Shown here: positions 7,839 to 16,375 of the stretch, in pieces
How positions within the stretch are numbered: the stretch's first letter is position 1
Layout: each line of letters opens with the position of its first letter
Source of the DNA: Ulvibacter litoralis
GTDB lineage: Bacteria > Bacteroidota > Bacteroidia > Flavobacteriales > Flavobacteriaceae
Reading direction: 5' to 3'
Length of the DNA stretch: 64,000 bases
NCBI RefSeq assembly: GCF_900102055.1
Contig: NZ_FNBA01000001.1
Location: forward strand, 581,085 to 645,084
The notes under the pieces: generated by a model
What the model saw: only the letters and a program-made list of their open reading frames with translations
What the model was told of the DNA's origin: nothing
The model's database searches: none
Made by a program: the position numbers and the translations under genes

Positions 7839-10289
7839 ATGCAGCAACCAAAAAACAAACTTACCCTAAAAATCATCCTTAGCTATTTGGTAATCTTAGC
7901 GTTGGCTGTATTTGTAAGTGCTTTTATTTATTCTGAATACAAGGCGTATATTCAGAATGCTTCCGAAAATTCATTGGACCAAAAGTTTATTGAAACTGGA
8001 ATGTTAATCAATTTGGTGTATGAAACGGATGGTTTTTCTCGCATTGCACTACTTACCGAAAAAGAAGAAGATTTTATAAAATACACCACGAAAGTGGATT
8101 CGCTTTACAATCAAATAGAAAACATTAAAAAACTCACCTCTAGTGCCTTTCAACTCAAACAATTGGATAGCGTAAAATCATTGTTGGAAGAAAAAACGCG
8201 AAACATAGAACAACTTCGTGTGTTAACGATTACCAGTAATAAAGATTCTTCGCTAGACGATATTCTGGATGAGATTAAAAAATTGGAAGAGACCATGGGA
8301 AAAAACTCCCTAGAAACCATGATTAAAAATCCTTCCATACTTTCTAAAAAAGAACGGAAAGTTTGGCAGTCGTATGTTGATTGGTTAAACGCAAGCACCC
8401 TCACCGACACCACAAAACTGAACACCAAAATGGTCGATTCTATGTTGGTCGCTTCGCGCTTTATTGTTTCTGAAGCTAAAAAAGAAAATTCGCGTATTCG
8501 GCAATCGTTGCAACAAAAAGAAAACGAATTGATTCGAAATGACCTTACCATTTCGGAACAATTACGTCAAATTATCGCAGCCTTAGATTTTGAAATTAGT
8601 AAAAACAACAATCTAGAGAAAGAACATCGCCTCGCCTCGATTCAACGCACTTCGTACACATTAAAGTTAGCGAGTATTGCAGCAGCGCTTATTATGCTAT
8701 TGTTTACCTACCTTATTCTCACTGACTTTTTTAAGGCTGAAAAATTTAAAACCAATCTCGCTGAAGCCAAACAATATTCTGAAGATTTATTAAAAAGCAG
8801 GGAGCAACTCATTTCTACGGTGAGTCACGATTTAAAAACGCCACTAAATACAATTTTAGGCTATACAGAGCTCATTGAAGACACGCCTCTTTCAGAAAAA
8901 CAACAACATTACAGCAGTCAAATTAGCACAAGCGCTACATTTATTTCGAAGTTGGTAAACGACTTGTTAGATTTTTCAAAACTGGAAGCTGGAAAACTCA
9001 CTATTGATGCGATTCCCTTTTCGTTGGAAAATTGCATTAACGACATTGCAAAAGCTTCAGAAGACATGTACGCTCAAAAAAATGTGTCGCTTTTGGTATC
9101 TATATCTGAAACTGTTCAGAACACATTTTACATTGGCGATCCGCTTCGCATTCAGCAAATAATACACAACCTTGTTGGAAACGCCTTTAAATTCACGGAA
9201 GAAGGCACGATTGAAATTTCAGTAACAGAGCACAAACAAACTGCTGAAACTGCCGTGCTTCAAATTAGTGTAAAAGATACGGGGATTGGTATTTCAAAAG
9301 AAAAACAACAACTTATTTTTAAAGAATTTACGCAAGCGGAAGAAGACACCGCGCCTAAATATGGTGGCTACGGATTGGGACTAGCCATTTCAAAAAAACT
9401 TAGTCAGTTACTCAACGGAAGTCTTACCGTAACCAGTAAACTAGAAGAAGGAAGTACCTTTACCTTAGAACTTCCTTTGAAAAAATCGAATCGAATCATT
9501 CCTAAAAAACAAGTTTCAAAGCAACAGGGCTTTTCAAAAATAAAAGGATTAATTCTAGACGACGATGCTACAATGCTGGAACTTCTTGGCGAAGTTTTAG
9601 CGCTACTCAATGTTGAAACGGAATTATATACCACTTTTACAGAACTTCAGAAAAGAGCGACATCCGACTTCGATTTTATACTTACCGATATTCAAATGCC
9701 CGATATGGATGGATTTACAGTCCTAAAAAAAATACAACAAGGCACCCTTTCGGCTTATTCACAACAGCCTATAATTGCTATGACAGGAAATAGGGCTATT
9801 GAAAAGAAAGTATACCTTGAAAAAGGGTTTTCAAACATGCTTCTGAAACCCTTTAGTAAAGATCAACTCGCGAAGCTATTAAGCGAGTTATTTCCCTCTA
9901 AAATTGAAATTAAAGCTGAAAATTCTGAAATACTTCAATCACCCAAACATGCAAATGAAGAATATAGTCTAGCGTTGTTATCTTCTTTTGTTGGAGACAA
10001 AGCGGCCTTAAAAGAAATTTTAAGTGAGTATTTAAATCAAACAAAAAAGAATCGGATTGAACTAGAAGAAGCTTTTCAAACAAAAGACTTTGAAACGATT
10101 AATTCAATAGCACATAAAATGCTTACAATGAAGCGTCAAATTGAAGCAAAACACATCCTACCAATCCTAGAACGACTTGAAAAAGCAACTTCAGAAACAA
10201 TTTCTGACAGTGAATTAAAAACGCTTTCAGAAACATTAAAAAAACACCTCAACAACCTTGTCACAGGACTTGAAAAGGAAATTTCTTAA
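7839..10289 (+). CDS. hybrid sensor histidine kinase / response regulator (TM - coiled coil - TM - HisKA - HATPase_c - REC - Hpt)
   Basis: 816-aa ORF. H-box SHDLKTPLNTILGYTELI. HATPase motifs DTGIGI and GYGLGL. REC domain with ILTDIQMPDMDG. The C-terminal part has an Hpt-like helix (AHKMLTMKRQIEAKH). Confidence 0.85.
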   Translation: MQQPKNKLTLKIILSYLVILALAVFVSAFIYSEYKAYIQNASENSLDQKFIETGMLINLVYETDGFSRIALLTEKEEDFIKYTTKVDSLYNQIENIKKLTSSAFQLKQLDSVKSLLEEKTRNIEQLRVLTITSNKDSSLDDILDEIKKLEETMGKNSLETMIKNPSILSKKERKVWQSYVDWLNASTLTDTTKLNTKMVDSMLVASRFIVSEAKKENSRIRQSLQQKENELIRNDLTISEQLRQIIAALDFEISKNNNLEKEHRLASIQRTSYTLKLASIAAALIMLLFTYLILTDFFKAEKFKTNLAEAKQYSEDLLKSREQLISTVSHDLKTPLNTILGYTELIEDTPLSEKQQHYSSQISTSATFISKLVNDLLDFSKLEAGKLTIDAIPFSLENCINDIAKASEDMYAQKNVSLLVSISETVQNTFYIGDPLRIQQIIHNLVGNAFKFTEEGTIEISVTEHKQTAETAVLQISVKDTGIGISKEKQQLIFKEFTQAEEDTAPKYGGYGLGLAISKKLSQLLNGSLTVTSKLEEGSTFTLELPLKKSNRIIPKKQVSKQQGFSKIKGLILDDDATMLELLGEVLALLNVETELYTTFTELQKRATSDFDFILTDIQMPDMDGFTVLKKIQQGTLSAYSQQPIIAMTGNRAIEKKVYLEKGFSNMLLKPFSKDQLAKLLSELFPSKIEIKAENSEILQSPKHANEEYSLALLSSFVGDKAALKEILSEYLNQTKKNRIELEEAFQTKDFETINSIAHKMLTMKRQIEAKHILPILERLEKATSETISDSELKTLSETLKKHLNNLVTGLEKEIS

Positions 10290-11644
10290 AGCTCGATTTG
10301 ATATTGTTCTAGTTTATTGTAAAGTGTTTTGCGGGTAATATTTAATAATTTTGCGGCGCGAGATTTGTTATTGCCGGCTTCTTTTAAAGCATTGATAATA
10401 AGTTGTTTTTCATTCGAATTTTTAGAAAAATCTTTCGGCGCTGCTTTCTTTTCAGAAGCTTCCATGACTTCTCTCGGAATCACATCCAACGGAATTAAAC
10501 TTGAGTTGGTAAGCAGTACAGACCGTTTTATTACATTTTTGAGTTCTCGCAAATTTCCAGGCCACGCGTATCTTTTAAAAGCTTCTTCCACTTGCTTTGA
10601 GAGTCCGATCACGTTTTTTCCCAACGAAGCATTGGCTTGTTCTAAAAAATAATGTGTAAACAGAAATAGATCTTCGGTACGCTCACGAAGCGAAGGAATC
10701 TGAATCGAAAATTCATTCAAACGGTGGTACAAATCTTCTCTAAAATTTCCTTCCGAAACGGCTTTCACCAAATCTTCGTTGGTCGCCGTTACAATGCGAA
10801 CATCCACTTCAATTTCTTTACTACTTCCAACCGGTTTAATTTTTCGTTCTTGAAGCGCACGTAACAATTGTATCTGGTTTTCGTACGAAAGATTTCCTAC
10901 TTCATCTAGAAAAAGAGTTCCGAGATGTGCGGCTTCAAAATGTCCTTTTTTATCGGTAATGGCTCCTGTAAAACTTCCTTTAATGTGTCCGAAAAACTCA
11001 CTTGCAGCAATCTCTTTCGGAATAGCACCGCAATCTACTGCTACAAAATTCTTGTCTTTACGATCACTAAAATTATGAATCGCATTGGCAGCAACCTCTT
11101 TTCCCGTTCCACTTTCACCTTGCAACAACACGTTCATTTGTGTAGGCCCCACCAATTTGAGATACTCATTAAACTTTTTAGAAACCCCACTATTTCCTGC
11201 TACAAAACCAGATTTTACCGTCTCTATTTCTTTCGCGGGTTGCTTTTTTTCTTCGGAAACATTTACGGGCACCTCTTTGTTTTCCGTTTCTAAAGCTTGC
11301 TCTATAATCATCACCAACTCTTCTGGGCGAAAGGGTTTTGATATATAATCTAACGCTCCTTTTTTAATAGCTTCTACGGCAGTTGAAACTTCTGCGTAGC
11401 CTGTCATTAAAATAGTTTGAGTTTTCTTGGCGTTTTTTCTTGAAAAATCTAGCAGTTCCAATCCCGAGCCATCTGGAAGTTGTAGATCGGTAATTAAAAG
11501 CTGATACTTTTGAGTTTCAATCTGAGTCTTCGCTTCTTCACTATTCGTGGCTATTTGAACCTCAAATTGACGACGCTCTAAAAAGTTAGCGATCATTTTT
11601 CCGAAGGCAATATCGTCTTCAACAATAAGAATTTTATTTTTCAT
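10286..11644 (-). CDS. sigma-54-dependent Fis-family response regulator (NtrC-like: REC - AAA+ - HTH)
   Basis: 452-aa ORF. The REC N-terminus is ILIVEDD...LLITDLQLPDGSG. Walker A is GESGTGKE. The GAFTGA-like loop is GSFTGA. The C-terminal Fis-type HTH is AAKLLNITRKTLYNKL. It is convergent with the hybrid HK and overlaps it by 4 bp. Confidence 0.9.
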   Translation of the reverse strand: MKNKILIVEDDIAFGKMIANFLERRQFEVQIATNSEEAKTQIETQKYQLLITDLQLPDGSGLELLDFSRKNAKKTQTILMTGYAEVSTAVEAIKKGALDYISKPFRPEELVMIIEQALETENKEVPVNVSEEKKQPAKEIETVKSGFVAGNSGVSKKFNEYLKLVGPTQMNVLLQGESGTGKEVAANAIHNFSDRKDKNFVAVDCGAIPKEIAASEFFGHIKGSFTGAITDKKGHFEAAHLGTLFLDEVGNLSYENQIQLLRALQERKIKPVGSSKEIEVDVRIVTATNEDLVKAVSEGNFREDLYHRLNEFSIQIPSLRERTEDLFLFTHYFLEQANASLGKNVIGLSKQVEEAFKRYAWPGNLRELKNVIKRSVLLTNSSLIPLDVIPREVMEASEKKAAPKDFSKNSNEKQLIINALKEAGNNKSRAAKLLNITRKTLYNKLEQYQIEL

Positions 11645-11704
11645 AACTCCAGTGTGGTTCCGTAAAAATAAGGAGTATATACCTGTGAACTATTTAAAAT
11701 TATC

Positions 11705-11735
11705 ATAAAAAAAGGGAGCCCTATTGGGCTCCCTA
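11705..11735 (-). terminator. rho-independent terminator downstream of the small secreted-protein gene
   Basis: GGGAGCCC-TATT-GGGCTCCC perfect stem, followed on the minus strand by TTTTTTT. Confidence 0.7.
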
Positions 11736-11766
11736 AGAAGTATTGAATCTAATTACCTGTAGTGAA

Positions 11767-12117
11767 CTACATTTTAATAAATTCCCCTTTACTGTTAAGA
11801 TACACGGTTTGATTTGTGCTTTCTAAGTCAGTAGCATCACTACCAGCTGTAAGAACTAGTTTGTATACTCCTTTATCATTTTTGGCTGCGCTTGAAATCG
11901 TTGCTCCTTTGTAGGTTTTTTCTACGGAAGCTTTTACTTCTTGCGGTACGTCTGAAGCTTTTACGTCTTTAAAATCTTGAACATCATCAGCTGGTGCTTG
12001 AAGTGTCATTTCTTTTACAGGCGCTTCATTCATTGCGGTTGGTTGTTTCTTTTCTTGTGCATTTACAGCTGTTACAACTCCTAATGCGAATACTGAGGCT
12101 ACAATTAACTTTTTCAT
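11767..12117 (-). CDS. small secreted protein, PepSY-like (beta-lactamase-inhibitor-like) fold candidate
   Basis: 116-aa ORF. The signal peptide is MKKLIVASVFALGVVTAVNAQ. Two KGxxIS.../KGEFIK beta-hairpin-like segments are present. The family call is tentative. Confidence 0.4.
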   Translation of the reverse strand: MKKLIVASVFALGVVTAVNAQEKKQPTAMNEAPVKEMTLQAPADDVQDFKDVKASDVPQEVKASVEKTYKGATISSAAKNDKGVYKLVLTAGSDATDLESTNQTVYLNSKGEFIKM

Positions 12118-12157
12118 TTTTTTTTGATTTTAAAATTTATAGTTTTCAATTTATTTC

Positions 12158-12184
12158 TGATTAGCTTATTGAAAAATTAGTGCC
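12158..12184 (-). promoter_or_regulatory. possible sigma-54 (-24/-12) promoter element upstream of the PepSY-like gene
   Basis: Minus strand TGGCAC-taat-TTTCA lies about 40 nt upstream of the start codon at 12117. The -24 GG/GC is perfect, but the -12 is TTTC rather than TTGC. The adjacent gene is a sigma54 activator. Confidence 0.25.
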
Positions 12185-12290
12185 AAAGAAAATTAGTCGT
12201 CATCAAATCACACAAGTAGCTGATTTAAAGTACTTTTAAAGAATTTGTAGTATTGTGCCGAAAATATAGAAGTGTATAAAACAGAGTACA

Positions 12291-12311
12291 ACTGTGTAAA
12301 ATTTACACAGT
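12291..12311. repeat. perfect 10+1+10 palindrome ACTGTGTAAA-A-TTTACACAGT
   Basis: Seen directly. It lies 15 bp after the arfB stop, in the region upstream of the PepSY-like gene. It could be an operator or a terminator stem. Confidence 0.5.
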
Positions 12312-12325
12312 TTGTGGATAGTATG

Positions 12326-12730
12326 TTAATCGATACTTGGAGGTTTACGGTTTGCTTTTTTTAAAGCATGTCCTTTTTTAGAACGCAACCTTCTTTCAAT
12401 AGCACTTTTTGAAGGTTTTGATTTTTTACGAGGTTTGGCAACTTTTAAGGCATCCTTCAGTAAGGTAACCAATCGTTCTATCACAATAGCTTTGTTGCGA
12501 TGTTGACTTCTCGTTTCGCCACATTGCAAACTTAGGATTCCATCTTGTGAGATTCGATTGCTTAATTTCTCCTGTAACCGCTCTTTTTCCAGCTCCGTAA
12601 ATGCTTCCGAAGCAACAATAGAAAAGCTCAATTCAATTTTTGTAGCCGTTTTATTAACGTGTTGTCCTCCGGGACCACTGCTGCGCACCGCTTTAAAAGC
12701 AAGCTCTCTATAAAGCGTATCAAGTTCCAT
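12326..12730 (-). CDS. arfB: alternative ribosome-rescue factor ArfB (peptidyl-tRNA hydrolase, RF-like GGQ protein)
   Basis: 134-aa ORF with a GGQ motif (SGPGGQHVNKTATK) and a basic C-terminal tail (KPRKKSKPSK...RSKKG). Confidence 0.85.
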   Translation of the reverse strand: MELDTLYRELAFKAVRSSGPGGQHVNKTATKIELSFSIVASEAFTELEKERLQEKLSNRISQDGILSLQCGETRSQHRNKAIVIERLVTLLKDALKVAKPRKKSKPSKSAIERRLRSKKGHALKKANRKPPSID

Positions 12731-14259
12731 TAAAGGGTTGGGCTGTGTTCCTTGGTGAGTAGATCGTTTACTGTTTTAACTGGATTAAATGTTATTTGAG
12801 GTACTTCAACAAAAGCTGTATTCCAATTTGCCATTGCTCCATTCCAAAGACCTGGTAATTCCAAAGCTTTTAATGGAACACCATCTTGTGATTTGTTGGT
12901 TATAAACCCAGAAAAAGGATCTGTAAATCGTGTTAAATCGAATTTCTTGCCAGTATAATCACGAACGCCACAAACAATATCTACTGGATTAAAGTGAGTT
13001 GCTTCAGAGGCTATCGCCTTTTGATGTTCATCCTGTAAATCTATTTGTGATAGTTCCACAATTTGCAACGAAGTTTCACCATAAGCATCTTTTACCCAAA
13101 AAGGACCGCCCCCTGGAGCTCCGGTATTTTTCACCATTCCACAAATACGTATAGGCCTATTTAAAATGGTAATAATTGCTTCAGCAGTTGATGGAATGTC
13201 TTTAATATTTAATGCATTCCACAGAAATGATTTGATTTCTCTTAAAGACTCTTCTGTGTAGTCACTGTTAAGCAACATATTTAAGTATCCAAAAACCTTA
13301 TCTTGAAGCCACAAAAGCTTACCGGCTAATACTTTTTTATAGTATGCCGTTTTATCTACTAACTCTTCTGTAACAACGTTGTCTATATTTTTAATGAAAA
13401 TAATATCCCCATCAACATCATTTAAATTTTCAATTAAAGCGCCATGCCCAGAAGGTCTAAAAATTAAATTGCCGTCTCTATCACGAAGCGGTTCGTTTTT
13501 TAGATTTACTGCAATGGTGTCGGTTTCTTTTTTCTGAAAAGAATAGGAAATATGAAACTCAGTCTTTGTTTTTTTACTTACCCTTTTCTTAACACCTTCA
13601 AATTCGGCCTTAAAAAAAGGAACATGCTTTTCTGCGAAGGTAAAATGTAAAAATGCCTCATCTCCAGCGGAAGCATAGAATGCAGCTTCATACAATTGTT
13701 CTTCAAAAGCAGTCGTTGAATATTTTGTGTATTTATGAAATGGAATTAACCCTTTTGGAAGACTATTAAAATTTAGTCCTTTTCTACCCAACATCATATT
13801 CACAAAAAGATAGGCGCGCATTTCTTTGGTGCCATGTCTGTATTCTGGATAGTTTTCTCTAATTTTTTTTCGAACCGTATTTACAAAAGCAAAGTCTTTC
13901 AGGGACTTTATAAAAATTGCCATCTGTTTATTACGCTCTTTTTTTAAATAGCTATTTAGCCGGTCTGTTTCTGGATTAAAATGATCTAGAAATTCATGTA
14001 AAAAACGAAACATTCGTGTAGCAGCACCTGAGGCCGGAACAAATTTCACCAAATCTAAATCAACTTTACGTGATTCAAATAAAGCAACTAATTTTTGCTG
14101 GTCACTTTCTCCAATAACTTCAATCCCATTTCCTACAGAAGCGGCAGTAACAATAGTAGCATAAGGAATTCCGCGTTTAAACGTCTCTATTTGTCCTTCT
14201 ATTTGCTCTAAACACAGTCCATGCCTCTCAATTTGTTCTAGGTCTTTATTTGTTAACAT
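12730..14259 (-). CDS. DUF4301-family protein (uncharacterised); candidate nucleotidyltransferase-like enzyme
   Basis: 509-aa ORF. The Gly-rich motifs VPASGAATRM, FRPSGHGAL and GAPGGGPFW recall the G-x-G-T-R-(L/M) loop of sugar-nucleotide pyrophosphorylases. The ORF overlaps the upstream kinase gene by 7 bp and shares 1 bp with arfB. Confidence 0.55.
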   Translation of the reverse strand: MLTNKDLEQIERHGLCLEQIEGQIETFKRGIPYATIVTAASVGNGIEVIGESDQQKLVALFESRKVDLDLVKFVPASGAATRMFRFLHEFLDHFNPETDRLNSYLKKERNKQMAIFIKSLKDFAFVNTVRKKIRENYPEYRHGTKEMRAYLFVNMMLGRKGLNFNSLPKGLIPFHKYTKYSTTAFEEQLYEAAFYASAGDEAFLHFTFAEKHVPFFKAEFEGVKKRVSKKTKTEFHISYSFQKKETDTIAVNLKNEPLRDRDGNLIFRPSGHGALIENLNDVDGDIIFIKNIDNVVTEELVDKTAYYKKVLAGKLLWLQDKVFGYLNMLLNSDYTEESLREIKSFLWNALNIKDIPSTAEAIITILNRPIRICGMVKNTGAPGGGPFWVKDAYGETSLQIVELSQIDLQDEHQKAIASEATHFNPVDIVCGVRDYTGKKFDLTRFTDPFSGFITNKSQDGVPLKALELPGLWNGAMANWNTAFVEVPQITFNPVKTVNDLLTKEHSPTL

Positions 14260-14828
14260 CCATTTTTTTCCTTAATCAATTCTTGTATAATTTTAACTGC
14301 GGAATCAAAACGTTGACTTTTTGAACCCGTTAAAACTTCATAACGGAGGTTATAGTTGGTTAGTTGAGTTTCAAAAATACAAAACATTTTTTCTCTTTCG
14401 TCCGGTCTATCACGTAAATCATCGATTTCCCAAGGCACGTCTATGCCCGTAAGAAAATACAGACTATACTTGCTTTCATTGATGCAAGTATCAATTTCAG
14501 GCGGACAAAACCCATTGTAATAAAATTCAGAATATGTTTTGATTTCCAGCAAGTTAGTGTCCAAAAACAATACCTTGTTAGCTTTTTTTGCAGCTTCATT
14601 TTCTGCCTTCATTTGTCCTTCAGCAATGGGAATTAAGTCAATTATTTCGCATTTTTCTCCTTTTTCATCCCATTTTTTTTGCAAATACCCACGCATAAAT
14701 TCTGGAACCCATAACGTATTGAAGTAAATAGCCAACTGTTTTGCCAATGTTGTCTTCCCTGTTGACTCAGGTCCGAACAAGACTATTTTTAAACAAGTAC
14801 TGGGTTGTTGTTTAAGTGTTTCTTCCAT
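14253..14828 (-). CDS. NadR-type ribosylnicotinamide kinase domain protein (AAA/P-loop ATPase/kinase involved in NAD metabolism), stand-alone RNK domain
   Basis: 191-aa ORF with Walker A GPESTGKTT and a size and layout matching the C-terminal RNK domain of NadR. It is sandwiched between pnuC and DUF4301. Confidence 0.65.
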   Translation of the reverse strand: MEETLKQQPSTCLKIVLFGPESTGKTTLAKQLAIYFNTLWVPEFMRGYLQKKWDEKGEKCEIIDLIPIAEGQMKAENEAAKKANKVLFLDTNLLEIKTYSEFYYNGFCPPEIDTCINESKYSLYFLTGIDVPWEIDDLRDRPDEREKMFCIFETQLTNYNLRYEVLTGSKSQRFDSAVKIIQELIKEKNGC

Positions 14829-15421
14829 GCGAGGTAACCAAAAATGGCGATAAAAGTAAAAATAAAATATTGAATACTTGTAAATGTAAAGCCCTTATAA
14901 AAGTATAGCGGAGCCGAAATAATATCTCCGACAATCCAATACAACCAGTTCTCTATTTTGCGCTTTGCCATCAGCCACATTCCTACAAAAAAGATAGCCG
15001 TAGTGAAGGTATCTACATACGCAGTCCAACTATTCCATTTGTCGAAAGCGGTGTATACTAGAAACACAAAAAGTAAAGTCGCACTAAAAATAAGTACTGA
15101 ATACAAATGCTCTTTTTTAGTTGTTTTACTGATAGGCGTAACATGCGACGCATCTATCTTACGAGTCCAAATATACCAACCATATACACTCATTATAAAG
15201 TAATACCCATTAATCATCATGTCTCCTAAAAGGGTCCATTTAAATAATAAATAGACAAAAATAGCAGTGCTAATCATCCCTGTTGGAAACACCCAAATTT
15301 TGTTCTCTTTAGAAAACCAAACAGATAGAAACCCAAAAATAACAGCTACAATTTCTAAAACGATATCTAACGTCTCATATTCATTGTACTGTCCGAATAA
15401 AAAATCAAAAATGGGGCTCAT
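14789..15421 (-). CDS. pnuC: nicotinamide riboside transporter PnuC
   Basis: 210-aa polytopic membrane protein of PnuC size. The hydrophobic helices are Trp-rich (WVFPTG, YGWYIW, WLYWIVGD). It overlaps the kinase gene by 40 bp. Confidence 0.7.
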   Translation of the reverse strand: MSPIFDFLFGQYNEYETLDIVLEIVAVIFGFLSVWFSKENKIWVFPTGMISTAIFVYLLFKWTLLGDMMINGYYFIMSVYGWYIWTRKIDASHVTPISKTTKKEHLYSVLIFSATLLFVFLVYTAFDKWNSWTAYVDTFTTAIFFVGMWLMAKRKIENWLYWIVGDIISAPLYFYKGFTFTSIQYFIFTFIAIFGYLAWKKHLNNNPVLV

Positions 15422-15665
15422 AATCGCTTCTATCAGATTTTACAATTTTAATATACAGCAAGCCTCTTTCAACAGCTTCTAAGGCAGTTTTCATTTCCTT
15501 CTGAAGGATATTCATCACTGCATCATACTCGCCATACACTTGTGTACTTAACGGATTCTCAAGCACGGTTAGTCCCGAGCTTCGTAAGCTCTTTATGAAG
15601 TCAATAATCGCAGGTTCGTAATTATCCTGCAAAGGGGTTAATGTTAACTCGACTGATATATTCAT
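15405..15665 (-). CDS. MTH1187/YkoF-family (thiamine-binding, DUF77) small protein
   Basis: 86-aa ORF with the ferredoxin-like ACT-type fold signature of the YkoF/MTH1187 family (ISVELTL...YEPAIIDFIKSL...VLENPLSTQVYGEY). Confidence 0.55.
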   Translation of the reverse strand: MNISVELTLTPLQDNYEPAIIDFIKSLRSSGLTVLENPLSTQVYGEYDAVMNILQKEMKTALEAVERGLLYIKIVKSDRSDYEPHF

Positions 15666-15668
15666 TCT

Positions 15669-16367
15669 TTATTTTTTTATCTTTTCAAAAACGGTTCCCA
15701 TCACCACCAGATCCGCACCCGCAGTATACGCTTCTTGTTTTTGACGCTCCGTTCTAATTCCGCCACCAACCAACAAAGGTATGGAAATAGCTTTTTTAAC
15801 TTCGGAAATTATTCTTGGGTGTACCGGAATTGTAGCACCACTCCCCGCTTCCAAATAAATTAATTTTGCACCCATATACTCGCCAGCCAATGCTGTGTGC
15901 ACAATTGCGCCTACATCCTCTTGAGACATAGGCTCTGTATTACTTACTCGAGCTACCGCCGATTGATTCCCCCCATCGAGCAGCAAATAGCCTGTTGAAA
16001 TAATTTCTAATGCTGTTTGCTGAAGCTTGGAAATTGACTTTACTTGTTGCCCTATCAAATACTCGGCATTTCTACCTGAAAGTAACGACAAAAAGAGAAG
16101 TACGTCTGCTTCAGAAGTAACTTGTGTATAGTCGCCCGGAAATAAAAAGATAGGCAATGTACTTGCTCGCTTTAATGCGTTTACAGTAGCTTCGGTAGCA
16201 CCTTCAACAACAGTACTTCCGCCCACAAAAAGATGTGTTGTTTCCTTCGGAAGTTGTTTCAGAAATACATCTGCTTCCGCAATAAAAAACTTATCTGGAT
16301 CTATTAATATGGCTAAGAATTTTCGATTCTCAGAAATACCTTTCAGCAGTGCTTGGTAACATTCCAT
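15669..16367 (-). CDS. geranylgeranylglyceryl phosphate synthase family protein (PcrB/GGGPS-like TIM barrel)
   Basis: The ORF runs 15669..16400, with a probable start at MECYQALL. The C-terminal phosphate-binding motif is GGGIRTERQ...ADLVVMGTVFE, as in GGGPS/PcrB. Confidence 0.7.
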   Translation of the reverse strand: MECYQALLKGISENRKFLAILIDPDKFFIAEADVFLKQLPKETTHLFVGGSTVVEGATEATVNALKRASTLPIFLFPGDYTQVTSEADVLLFLSLLSGRNAEYLIGQQVKSISKLQQTALEIISTGYLLLDGGNQSAVARVSNTEPMSQEDVGAIVHTALAGEYMGAKLIYLEAGSGATIPVHPRIISEVKKAISIPLLVGGGIRTERQKQEAYTAGADLVVMGTVFEKIKK

Positions 16368-16375
16368 CCTCACCC

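Noticed and set aside
8150-8551. 133-aa minus-strand ORF inside the hybrid HK gene, and similar antisense ORFs at 9404..9634, 10329..10652, 10925..11348, 17596..18009, 23222..23455, 26880..27761 and 30371..30761
   Set aside because: All are embedded antisense in strongly supported genes. They have no signal peptides or motifs and read as shadow ORFs of AT-rich coding sequence.
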